Below, in pieces: positions 27,425 to 36,273 of a stretch of DNA of 64,000 bases (positions are counted from its first letter, which is position 1; every line of letters begins with the position of its first letter). The notes beneath the pieces were generated by a model. The model was not told the origin of the DNA. It saw nothing but the letters and a program-made list of their open reading frames with translations, and did not search any database. Made by a program: the position numbers and the translations under genes. Location: sequence record MN871440.1. One strand, given 5' to 3'.

Positions 27425-28150
27425 ATGAAAATCGATCTGCATAAAATTCACACCGCTGTGTTTGCTAATGGCGAACGTCGCGATGATACTCTTATCAATC
27501 TGATTAAGTCTACCAATCGCTTGTGGAAATTCGGGACGTATTTGCACGTTGGTACTTACTCTAAACACTATCACGAAATTCGCGACGGTATTGATAAACA
27601 CGGATTTTACATTCATAACGGTTATCGTCTGACAGGACATGTATACGCTAAAGCTAACTATGCTGGACGCGAAAGCTGGTTTGATATCTTTCGTGGGTTT
27701 AGTACCTGCGCTGGTATCATTCTCGGTGACATGAACAAAGTGATTGATCCCGTTCTGATCTTGCGTGAGTATGATAAGCAATTCAAGCCGAAGACTCGAC
27801 AATGGAATGATCGCGGCGCTCGTAAACACGCATACGGTAGTCGCAACCGCAACATCTTCGGCAAAATGTTTGCTTACACCGAGTCAAAGCGTAAGCAAGA
27901 CATCAGCTATAGCGATTATGAGCGAGGGCTGGACGTTGAATATTACGACAACGGTGTTTATGATGCCTGTTTGGAAATGTGGTGCGATGTCCCAGTTCCA
28001 AAGATTCGTCGTAATGGTCTGGTAGATGCTTTCATGCATCGAGAGCGATGGTGGGATAATGCGGGTCGATCTGTTGAAAAAAGCTGGAAGTATCAAAGCA
28101 AACGGAGACACCAATGGAAACCAAAGAAAGAAATTATCGAGACGTTTTAG
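27425..28150 (+). CDS. Hypothetical protein (241 aa), basic/aromatic C-terminus
   Basis: AAGGAG RBS; ends ...RSVEKSWKYQSKRRHQWK. Confidence 0.8.
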   Translation: MKIDLHKIHTAVFANGERRDDTLINLIKSTNRLWKFGTYLHVGTYSKHYHEIRDGIDKHGFYIHNGYRLTGHVYAKANYAGRESWFDIFRGFSTCAGIILGDMNKVIDPVLILREYDKQFKPKTRQWNDRGARKHAYGSRNRNIFGKMFAYTESKRKQDISYSDYERGLDVEYYDNGVYDACLEMWCDVPVPKIRRNGLVDAFMHRERWWDNAGRSVEKSWKYQSKRRHQWKPKKEIIETF

Positions 28151-28431
28151 ACGAGGCGCTAAAAGACATCAAACAAGAGCTTGTTGTTTTAGTTGACGGC
28201 GAGCCCTTTATCGCGTATATTCACGATCTGACGTACAACGAAGGACGAGTTCACATCGACTGGTCCACCCCTCATAGTGAAGAAGAGATAATGAAAGATG
28301 AATTATTCAAACATGTTCAAGCCGCTATACAAGCGCAAATCAAAGAAGGAAAAGAATGTCAATCGAACAATCTATTCTCACGAATCTCCTCGTTTCTGAG
28401 GAATACTTTCGTCAAGTCTTCCCATTCTTAA
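28114..28431 (+). CDS. 40: Head vertex assembly chaperone gp40
   Basis: IKQELVVLVDGEPFIAYIHDLTYNEGRVHIDW..LFKHVQAAI resembles T4 gp40; synteny before 41. Confidence 0.85.
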   Translation: METKERNYRDVLDEALKDIKQELVVLVDGEPFIAYIHDLTYNEGRVHIDWSTPHSEEEIMKDELFKHVQAAIQAQIKEGKECQSNNLFSRISSFLRNTFVKSSHS

Positions 28432-29810
28432 AATCGGAATACTTCCCGAGAGGTCCGATTCGTATCATTTTCGACCTGATCAAAAAGCATTATGATAACT
28501 ACAAGACAATCCCAACTCATAACGCGCTGGTGATTGCTCTTGAAAAGCGTAGTGGTATTTCTCAGATCGAGTTTGATGAAGCTTATGGTGGTATCGGTGA
28601 GCTGATTGGTGCTCCAGAAGATCTAGCGTGGTTGATGGCAGAAACTGAGAAGTATTGTCAAGAACGAGCGATGAATAATGCTCTGTCCGAGGCAATTCGT
28701 ATTCAGGAAAATCATGCCAAGCCACTCGATGAACGAGACAAAAAGATTTCTGATATCGGTGTTATTCCCGATCTCATGAAAAACGCTTTAGCTGTTGCGT
28801 TTAATCTCGCGATTGGTCATGATTACTTTGATGACGTCGAACAACGTTTTCAAAGCTATCGCATGAAGACCAAAAAGATCTCGTTCATGACCAAAATTCT
28901 GAACACGATCACAAAAGGCGGTGTCGAACGTAAGACACTGAACTTGATTCTTGCTGGTGTTAACGTTGGTAAGTCTCTGGGTCTGTGTCACTTAGCATGT
29001 GAGTACCTGTTACAAGGTTATAACGTGCTTTACGTCTCAATGGAAATGGGTGAAGAGGTTTGCGGTAAGCGTATCGATGCTAACTTGCTGGACGTCACAC
29101 TTGATGATATTGACGACGGTCTGATCACCGAAACCGATTTTATGCGTCGTTTCGGCAATCTGAAACAAAAGAACTGCGGTAAGCTTGTTGTCAAGCAATT
29201 CCCAACTGGTGCGGCTAACGTCAACCATTTGAACAACTTGATGGCAGACTTGCAGATCAAGAAAGGTTTCAAACCAGACATCGTTATCGTGGACTATCTC
29301 GGTATCATGTGCTCAAAGCGTATGACCACGTTTTCCGAGAACAGCTATACATTGGTAAAGGCAATCGCTGAGGAGCTGCGAGGCTTTGCGGTAGAGCATA
29401 ATGTGGTTGTTTGGTCTGCTGCTCAAACCACTCGCGGTGGTTGGGACAGTTCTGATATCAGTATGTCGGACATTGCAGAATCTGCCGGTCTTGCGGCTAC
29501 TGCTGACTTTATTCTGGCTGCGATGGAAACCGAAGAACTCGCTGAGATCGAGCAACAATTGTTCAAACAGATCAAATCTCGATATGGCGACAAGAACAAG
29601 TTTACACGATTTAATCTTTGTGTTAATAAGGGTAAACAACGATGGTCTGAACCAGATGGTAACTTTGGTGGTAATCTGGATGATGCCAGTTCCAGAGTTC
29701 AACAAGCGCACAAGGAAAACGTCGCTCAAGCCAAAGATCTGAGCACTCGTAATAAGATGGATCAGCTTGCGAATATGAATATCGGAGACGATGCTGAATG
29801 GGGGATTTAA
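28356..29810 (+). CDS. 41: Replicative helicase gp41
   Basis: AGVNVGKSLGLC, SMEM, VDYLG, SAAQTTR, IKSRYGD. Confidence 0.97.
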   Translation: MSIEQSILTNLLVSEEYFRQVFPFLKSEYFPRGPIRIIFDLIKKHYDNYKTIPTHNALVIALEKRSGISQIEFDEAYGGIGELIGAPEDLAWLMAETEKYCQERAMNNALSEAIRIQENHAKPLDERDKKISDIGVIPDLMKNALAVAFNLAIGHDYFDDVEQRFQSYRMKTKKISFMTKILNTITKGGVERKTLNLILAGVNVGKSLGLCHLACEYLLQGYNVLYVSMEMGEEVCGKRIDANLLDVTLDDIDDGLITETDFMRRFGNLKQKNCGKLVVKQFPTGAANVNHLNNLMADLQIKKGFKPDIVIVDYLGIMCSKRMTTFSENSYTLVKAIAEELRGFAVEHNVVVWSAAQTTRGGWDSSDISMSDIAESAGLAATADFILAAMETEELAEIEQQLFKQIKSRYGDKNKFTRFNLCVNKGKQRWSEPDGNFGGNLDDASSRVQQAHKENVAQAKDLSTRNKMDQLANMNIGDDAEWGI

Positions 29811-29843
29811 TCCCCTTTTCATAAATAAGATTTTGGAGGTTTT

Positions 29844-30317
29844 ATGAGTGCAAAATCAATAATGGATGCAGTCTATGCATACAGACTGGCGACTCTACTT
29901 GGCAAATCGTTTGCGAAATGGGAAGCACACAAGCTAGGTATCATCGATGATCAAGGGAACGTTTTGCGAAAACCCGAGACACCGAAAGAGAAATCTCATT
30001 ATACAAAATTTCATAGCATGGTTCGCAGTCTAAAACAGACAATTCAGCGATTCAGTGGTGGATTTGGTACAAGTGCTCTTGCTCTGAAAATGGGCTGGAA
30101 TGCTATTATCAAAGAGTATGGCGAGCCAGATCTCTCTATGATGCCTCTAACCGAGTGTGAAGAAAATAGCGATCTGCACAAGCTTATCGAAATGGTAGGT
30201 GGCGATTGTGGTGGCGATGCAACCGCGATTGCAACCGGTGCGAAGTCTGGTAGTGTGACCGATAAAGGACCCGATAATATGGGTAAGAAAAAGGTTGCAA
30301 AATCTAAGACCGAATGA
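29844..30317 (+). CDS. Conserved 61.1-like protein
   Basis: DAVYAYRL..LL.K.F..W.AHKLGIIDDQG; CATAAATA late-type promoter at 29820-29827. Confidence 0.7.
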   Translation: MSAKSIMDAVYAYRLATLLGKSFAKWEAHKLGIIDDQGNVLRKPETPKEKSHYTKFHSMVRSLKQTIQRFSGGFGTSALALKMGWNAIIKEYGEPDLSMMPLTECEENSDLHKLIEMVGGDCGGDATAIATGAKSGSVTDKGPDNMGKKKVAKSKTE

Positions 30318-30320
30318 CAT

Positions 30321-30349
30321 AATGCCTCTTGATTGAGGCATTTTTATTT
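30321..30349 (+). terminator. Rho-independent terminator
   Basis: aatgcctc-ttgatt-gaggcatt plus T run. Confidence 0.75.
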
Positions 30350-30360
30350 GGAGAAACTCA

Positions 30361-31395
30361 TTGTTATACTTACAGCGTCATATGGCACATCAGATAGCAT
30401 TTGTGTTGCCAATGTTTTCGGATCACAGTCGAGCGCATGAGATCAAATACAACTTTCGTTGTCACATCTGCGGCGACTCGATGAAAGACAAGTATAAATC
30501 TCGTGGTTGGTTCTATGAGCGAGAAGGTCAAGTTTGGTATGGTTGCTTCAACTGTGGCAAACAATTGCCGTTCACGCTATATCTTCAGATGTATCATGAG
30601 GAGCTTTATCGTGAATACATCAAAGAGAAGTACAAAGACAACGAACGTCCTAAGCGCCAAGAAGTCAACTTAAATCTTGGCTCAAAACTTGAGAAAAAAG
30701 AACAAAAATCTGTTTGCGAACTGCCGTATTGTGTTAAACTATCTGAACTGAGAGAAGATCATCCAGTCGTTCGCTACATGCTTAGTCGCTGTTTGCCGAA
30801 AGATAAACTGGAATTGTTCTATTTCACAGACAATTGGAAAGCTCTGAGTAATCACATTAAGCCAGAGACATACAAGCACGTTGAAAAGGAATATCGTTTA
30901 GTTATCCCGATTCATAATGCTGATGGTTCTATTAGCTGTATTCAAGGTCGAGCGTTAGGCAATGTTGACAAAAATCAACGTTACTTGACCGTTAAACCTG
31001 ATGATACCGCAAACAAGATCTATGGTCTGGAACGTGTTGACGGTAAAAAAACTGTGTTTTACTTTGAGGGTCCGATTGATAGTGTTTTTATTCCCAACTC
31101 GTTGGCTATCGTTGGTGGTTCTATGCATCTGAATGATGCACCATTCAAAGATAAGCGCGTATGGGTACTAGACAATGAGCCACGTTCGAAAGAGACGGTA
31201 GAACGTCTTGAAAAGCTTATCGACGCTGGCGAAAAAGTGGTCGTGTGGTTAGATTGTCCTTGGTATAAAAAAGACGTCAATGACATGATCAAAGATGAAG
31301 GCGCTACTGCCGAACAAATCGAACAGTATTTGAAGCAGAATATCGTTTCTGGTTTGAGTGCTAAATTTAGACTATCCGAATGGAGAAAAATTTAA
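30361..31395 (+). CDS. 61: DNA primase gp61
   Basis: RCHICGDS, CFNCG zinc finger, EGPIDS, LDNEPR TOPRIM; TTG start with GGAG. Confidence 0.96.
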   Translation: MLYLQRHMAHQIAFVLPMFSDHSRAHEIKYNFRCHICGDSMKDKYKSRGWFYEREGQVWYGCFNCGKQLPFTLYLQMYHEELYREYIKEKYKDNERPKRQEVNLNLGSKLEKKEQKSVCELPYCVKLSELREDHPVVRYMLSRCLPKDKLELFYFTDNWKALSNHIKPETYKHVEKEYRLVIPIHNADGSISCIQGRALGNVDKNQRYLTVKPDDTANKIYGLERVDGKKTVFYFEGPIDSVFIPNSLAIVGGSMHLNDAPFKDKRVWVLDNEPRSKETVERLEKLIDAGEKVVVWLDCPWYKKDVNDMIKDEGATAEQIEQYLKQNIVSGLSAKFRLSEWRKI

Positions 31396-31880
31396 TGAAA
31401 AATATCCCTGTTATTCGTCTTCCTCATTATCGCGACGAATGGGAACTGCCTGAGTTCAAGAGTGCCGAAGCTGCTGGTATTGATCTGCGAGCCGCACTAG
31501 AAGAAACCGTGGTTCTGAAACCCGGTCAAGATCTCGTAATTCCGTCTGGTCTGAAAATGGACATCGGTGCGCTTGATCTCGCGTCATTCTTCTTGGATGT
31601 TGGCGTTTATGGCTGCATTCTGCCGCGCTCTGGTCTGGGTTTCAAGCATTATGTCCGTCTCGCTAATACCGCTGGTGTTATCGATTCCGATTTCCACGGC
31701 GAGATCATGATCAAGCTGCGTAACGAAGGCGAAAGCGATCTGGCTATTTCTCCGGGTGATCGCGTTGTGCAAATGGTATTCCATCTGTATGTGAAAGGCT
31801 TTAAGCTGGAAGAAGTCACCGAGTTTTCACGCAAAACCGTTCGCGGTGAAGCTGGTTTCGGGAGTTCTGGCACCAAATGA
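31395..31880 (+). CDS. dut: Trimeric dUTPase
   Basis: AAGIDL, PRSGL, GVIDSDFHG, GDRVVQ, RGEAGFGSSG motifs I-V. Confidence 0.95.
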   Translation: MKNIPVIRLPHYRDEWELPEFKSAEAAGIDLRAALEETVVLKPGQDLVIPSGLKMDIGALDLASFFLDVGVYGCILPRSGLGFKHYVRLANTAGVIDSDFHGEIMIKLRNEGESDLAISPGDRVVQMVFHLYVKGFKLEEVTEFSRKTVRGEAGFGSSGTK

Positions 31881-32557
31881 TTCAAGTCCCCGAGTACGAT
31901 GATTATATCATCGACATGGAGACACTGAGTAACAAAGCGAATGCGACGATAGTGGATTTATCTGCTATCGTTTATCGGGAGGATATTCAAAATCCTCCCA
32001 GCTTTCAAGAGCTTGTGTCTCGTGGAATTAAAATCAAATTTAACTTGAAGTCTCAGTCAAATCGACATAAAATGAAGTCTGTAATCGAATGGTGGAAGAC
32101 ACAAGAATTCGATGCGAAAAAGAACTTGAAACCGAGTTCGGAAGATGTTGATATCAATGATGGGATGGCAAAGTTCTATGATTATATCAGACGTCCAGAT
32201 TTCAAAATTGACTACTGGAAATCACTGGCTTGGTGTCGTGGGAATAGCTTTGACTTTCCTATGTTCGAGGACATGCTTTCCGAGTCATTAGAGCAAGACG
32301 ATACAATCTTTCAACAGCCTGTTAACTTTAGTCGTCAACGCGACATCAGAACAGCTATTGAACAAAACTTGTGTTCAAGAATGCAAACAATTTGTCCTTT
32401 ACCAAAGGGAACACTTGACGGGTTCGTGAAACATGATAGTATACATGACTGCGCCAAGGACATTTTAATGCTGATTTTTTCTAAGCGTTATGCTTGGGGA
32501 TTGGAAGAAATTCCGACTGGCGATAATGTTGACCCACATTCCATTTTAAGAGGCTAA
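31877..32557 (+). CDS. dexA: Exonuclease A
   Basis: IIDMETL, WCRGNSFDFP, QRDIRT, HDSIHDCAKD. Confidence 0.93.
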   Translation: MIQVPEYDDYIIDMETLSNKANATIVDLSAIVYREDIQNPPSFQELVSRGIKIKFNLKSQSNRHKMKSVIEWWKTQEFDAKKNLKPSSEDVDINDGMAKFYDYIRRPDFKIDYWKSLAWCRGNSFDFPMFEDMLSESLEQDDTIFQQPVNFSRQRDIRTAIEQNLCSRMQTICPLPKGTLDGFVKHDSIHDCAKDILMLIFSKRYAWGLEEIPTGDNVDPHSILRG

Positions 32558-32559
32558 AA

Positions 32560-32733
32560 ATGAAAATCAACGAAGTACGTTATAACGAGATCCTGGCTAG
32601 TGTCGAAGGTGCTTTTGAGCGGACTTCGTATGGCTTTGGCGAAATGACCACCGTAATCTACAACAAAGAAGGTAAAGCATTGGCAGAACGAATCGTTTCT
32701 GATGCTGGTACCGAATACACCGAGGAGCAATAA
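32560..32733 (+). CDS. Hypothetical protein (57 aa)
   Basis: Read by hand: GAGG RBS, ATG 32560, TAA 32731-32733. Confidence 0.65.
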   Translation: MKINEVRYNEILASVEGAFERTSYGFGEMTTVIYNKEGKALAERIVSDAGTEYTEEQ

Positions 32734-32735
32734 AA

Positions 32736-32939
32736 ATGGAAGAAAGAATTTTTACTGAGTTCGAGCAAAAACAAATCGACGCTCTGGACCGTACCGTTTA
32801 CAATCTGATCGAAAGCTCAAGTGAAGTGATTCACCGCGCAATCATGAATCTGCGCGTTCCGTCTGATATCGACATCGCTGCTCGCGTTGAGGGTATCATT
32901 GCCAGCTACAAACGTGCTCACGCTTTTATTAAGGGTTAA
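32736..32939 (+). CDS. Hypothetical protein (67 aa)
   Basis: GAGGAG RBS. Confidence 0.7.
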   Translation: MEERIFTEFEQKQIDALDRTVYNLIESSSEVIHRAIMNLRVPSDIDIAARVEGIIASYKRAHAFIKG

Positions 32940-32941
32940 AA

Positions 32942-33442
32942 ATGTTTCCACTTGATGTTCGTCTTGCTCCGAAAAATCGTATGGAATGCGAGCGAGAATT
33001 CCAGAAAGCTTACAACTGGGAAAATCTGAACGAAGACCAGCAATTCATTGTTCGTGGTAGTTGCTGGAATACTTGGGTAATGGGTTGGAATGCTGCTCAC
33101 AGTATTAACTCGATTGACCCTATCGCCAACGTGCTTGAGACGTCTCAGATTGCACCAGTTGAACGTAGTCAGCACTATGTACTTGGTAAGTGCACCGAAG
33201 AGCTTGGCGAGGCTGCTACAGTCATTAACAAGCCGCATAAGCAGCATCCAGAACCGCTGCACTGTGAGATCGCAGATCTGATTATCAGCGGCATCGATCT
33301 GGTCTATGTTGAGCTATACGAAAAGATGGCAAAAGAAATGGGCGGCAAGCCGGACAAATCGCTCATTGCCGATAAAGCTCGCGAACTGATCGTTACCGCG
33401 ATGATCAGCAAGAACGAAAAGTGGAAGAAACAGGTAATCTAA
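32942..33442 (+). CDS. MazG-like all-alpha NTP pyrophosphohydrolase domain protein
   Basis: KCTEELGEAA...CEIADL (EExxE...ExxD) in C-terminal half. Confidence 0.65.
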   Translation: MFPLDVRLAPKNRMECEREFQKAYNWENLNEDQQFIVRGSCWNTWVMGWNAAHSINSIDPIANVLETSQIAPVERSQHYVLGKCTEELGEAATVINKPHKQHPEPLHCEIADLIISGIDLVYVELYEKMAKEMGGKPDKSLIADKARELIVTAMISKNEKWKKQVI

Positions 33443-33506
33443 GTTTATCTGACAGGTTTATTGTGTATAATGTGGAGTCTAAACACTCCACATCTAAGAG
33501 GTATCA

Positions 33507-35351
33507 ATGTCACAAGATTTTAAAGTTTTATCTGATAAAGAACACTGCCTTATTAACACCGACATGTATATCGGGGCAATTTCTACAGAAGTTCACGATG
33601 TTCTAGTTGATGGTAAATTCGTCCCACATGCATATGTCCCTGGTCTAGTCAAGATCACCGACGAAGTAATCGATAACTGTGTGGATGAAGCGATTCGAAC
33701 CAGTTTCGAACACGCCAATCAGATCGAAGTTTTTATCAAGGACAATCAGGTAACTGTTAAGGATAACGGTCGCGGTCTGCCTCAACAAATTGTAAAGACT
33801 CCGGAAGGTGATGAAGTTCCGTTGCCGTTGGCTGCTTGGACTCGCGCTCGCGCTGGTTCAAACTTCTCCGCTGATCGAAAGACCATTGGTAAAAACGGTG
33901 TTGGTTCTGCACTGACTAACTTTTTCTCTGATAGCTTTGTTGGTGAAACTGGTAACGGTAAATCTGTTGTTACTGTACGTTGCACAAACAACGCTGATGA
34001 AGTGAGTTACACGACCAAAGAAGGCAAGTTCAAAGGCACGGTTGTTACTTTTGTTCCAGATTTCACACGTTTTGGTGTGTTTCAGCTTGACGATCAGTTT
34101 GAGCAAGTGATACAATCTCGACTGATCACATTAGCTGTGAACTTCCCGCAGATCACTTTCAAGTATAATGGCAAGAAAGTTGAGAGCAAGTTTAACAAGT
34201 TCGCTGCACAATTTGGTGAAGTAATCAGTCATAACGATGACAATGTTAGTTTGTTTATCGCTAACTCTGATGAATTCCGTCAACTGAGTTTTGTTAACGG
34301 TGTTCACACTAAGCAGGGCGGTAATCACGTTACTGGCATTATTGACAGTCTGAGTGATGAATTGATTCCGATGATCAAGCGTCAGCATAAGATCGAGATT
34401 CCAAAAGCTCGCATCAAAGAATGTCTGTTGATTGGTTTGTTCATTCGTGATCTGATTGCGCCGAAATATGATGGTCAAACAAAAGAACGATTGAGTTCTC
34501 CGTGGAGTCAGATTAGAGATCACATGAATCTGGATTATAAGGCACTTGCTCGCAAGATGCTGAAAACACCGGAAGTTATTGATCCGATTATCGAATCCGC
34601 ATTGGCTAAAAAGGAAGCCGCTGATAAAGCAGCCGCAACCAAAGCACAAAAGAAAGCAAAGAAAGCGAACGTTGCCAAGCACGTAAAAGCGTCTGGTATG
34701 GGTCGTGTTAAAACCATGCTGTTTCTTGCAGAAGGTGATTCAGCGATTGGTCCGTTTACTCGTTTTCGTAATGAGGAAACACAAGGATCTTATCCGTTGC
34801 GCGGTAAAATGCTGAACGTCTGGGATCTGCCAGATCATGAAGTATTGAAAAACAAAGAGATCTCAGAACTGCTTGGCATTCTGAACGTAGATCTGCGCTC
34901 GAAAGAGGCACCAGCATATAGCGATATCGCTATCATGACTGACGCCGATCAAGACGGTAAAGGTTCTATCGCTATGCTGGCAATCGCGTTTTTCTACAAG
35001 TATTGGCCACAGTGGTTTGAACAAGGTCGTATCTACATCGTTAGAACACCCGAATACATCAGCACTAATGGCAAGAAAACTGATTGGAGCTATTCGCGCG
35101 AAGAATTCCGAGCTAAGAAATTCGATAGCAAGTGGACACATCGACACATCAAGGGACTTGGTTCTTTGACCGTTGAAGGTGACGATTGCGAATACAAACA
35201 ATGTATTGAAAATCTTGTTCTGGAACAAGTAGTTGTAGATTCCAAAACACCAGAGTTGTTGGAAATGCTATTCGGCAAAGACGAGCGCAAGCGCAAACAA
35301 TGGCTTGGTTTTGATGTCGAAGATGTAGAAAATGAAGAGGAGGAGGGTTGA
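33507..35351 (+). CDS. 39: Type II topoisomerase large subunit, fused gp39+gp60
   Basis: DEVIDN, DNGRG, GKNGVGS GHKL motifs; AEGDSA, PLRGK, DADQDG, HIKGLGS TOPRIM in one ORF. Confidence 0.96.
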   Translation: MSQDFKVLSDKEHCLINTDMYIGAISTEVHDVLVDGKFVPHAYVPGLVKITDEVIDNCVDEAIRTSFEHANQIEVFIKDNQVTVKDNGRGLPQQIVKTPEGDEVPLPLAAWTRARAGSNFSADRKTIGKNGVGSALTNFFSDSFVGETGNGKSVVTVRCTNNADEVSYTTKEGKFKGTVVTFVPDFTRFGVFQLDDQFEQVIQSRLITLAVNFPQITFKYNGKKVESKFNKFAAQFGEVISHNDDNVSLFIANSDEFRQLSFVNGVHTKQGGNHVTGIIDSLSDELIPMIKRQHKIEIPKARIKECLLIGLFIRDLIAPKYDGQTKERLSSPWSQIRDHMNLDYKALARKMLKTPEVIDPIIESALAKKEAADKAAATKAQKKAKKANVAKHVKASGMGRVKTMLFLAEGDSAIGPFTRFRNEETQGSYPLRGKMLNVWDLPDHEVLKNKEISELLGILNVDLRSKEAPAYSDIAIMTDADQDGKGSIAMLAIAFFYKYWPQWFEQGRIYIVRTPEYISTNGKKTDWSYSREEFRAKKFDSKWTHRHIKGLGSLTVEGDDCEYKQCIENLVLEQVVVDSKTPELLEMLFGKDERKRKQWLGFDVEDVENEEEEG

Positions 35352-35376
35352 CACCCTCCTTTTTCAAGTATAGACT
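35341..35376 (+). promoter_or_regulatory. Terminator-promoter cassette, -35 box forms the hairpin loop
   Basis: aggaggg-TTGACA-ccctcct-tttt, N17, TAGACT. Confidence 0.75.
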
Positions 35377-35405
35377 GTGATCTGTGTTTGAAAAAGGAGA
35401 GTACA

Positions 35406-35891
35406 ATGTTACACGAAATCGAACGAAAGTTCTTGGTAAAAGACGTTGAAATCAAAGACGTTCCGATGTATAGTATGGATATCGATCAGTTCTATATCGG
35501 TAAGATGCGGTTTCGCAAGCAAGTTCACGGTCTGACTACCTATTACTGGAATATGAAATTCGGTAAAGGCATCAAGAAGATTGAGCTGGAAACCAGAATC
35601 CCGAAATTCGTTTACGAATTCTTCTGGATGAAACATCGTCCGGGTGGAATCCTGACTAAGACACGAAGCGTCTATCGTCACGGTAAACACAAAATCGAGC
35701 TTGACACATTCACTACCGAAATGTATAGTGGATTGAAAGTTGCCGAGATTGAACTGGCACACGAAAACGAAGAAATTCTCCCGCTCCCAGAATGGGTCGG
35801 TGACGAAGTGACTGGCGATAAGCGTTACAACAATCGTCGTATGGCTAACAAAGCAACAAAAAAGGCTCTGAACTCAAAATGGGTAATCTGA
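35406..35891 (+). CDS. CYTH-domain (triphosphate tunnel) protein
   Basis: EIERKFLV start, R.R, K.G, E.E, KTR, ELD.F, VAEIEL, EVTGDKRYNN. Confidence 0.85.
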   Translation: MLHEIERKFLVKDVEIKDVPMYSMDIDQFYIGKMRFRKQVHGLTTYYWNMKFGKGIKKIELETRIPKFVYEFFWMKHRPGGILTKTRSVYRHGKHKIELDTFTTEMYSGLKVAEIELAHENEEILPLPEWVGDEVTGDKRYNNRRMANKATKKALNSKWVI

Positions 35892-36190
35892 CCAAAAATC
35901 TGGGTGATATTTCTAAGAAAATCAGCCCTTGCGTTAAAGTTGGCGAAATGACTTTCTTGCGAGAAAAGTTCATTAAATTCATTGACAACAAGTTCAAAGA
36001 GTGGGAAGATTACTGTGCTGAGAACAACATTCTTGTTCTTTATAGCGTGAAGAAAGAGATCAAGAAGTTTCGCGATTCGCTCGCCGAGACAAAAGAGATC
36101 ACCGAAAAAACTGCTAACTTGCGTCTGATCTTCGGTCACGAAGTAGATCTGAAAGAGCTGGGTGAACGTTGGTTTGACGAGTATCTGTAA
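35879..36190 (+). CDS. Hypothetical protein (103 aa)
   Basis: ORF in operon, phage-like codon use. Confidence 0.7.
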   Translation: MGNLTKNLGDISKKISPCVKVGEMTFLREKFIKFIDNKFKEWEDYCAENNILVLYSVKKEIKKFRDSLAETKEITEKTANLRLIFGHEVDLKELGERWFDEYL

Positions 36191-36273
36191 GTAAACCGTT
36201 GGCATGACTTCGAAATCATGCCATTTTCTGAAATCGAGTGAGAAATATATTATGTCAACAATGAGATTTAATT

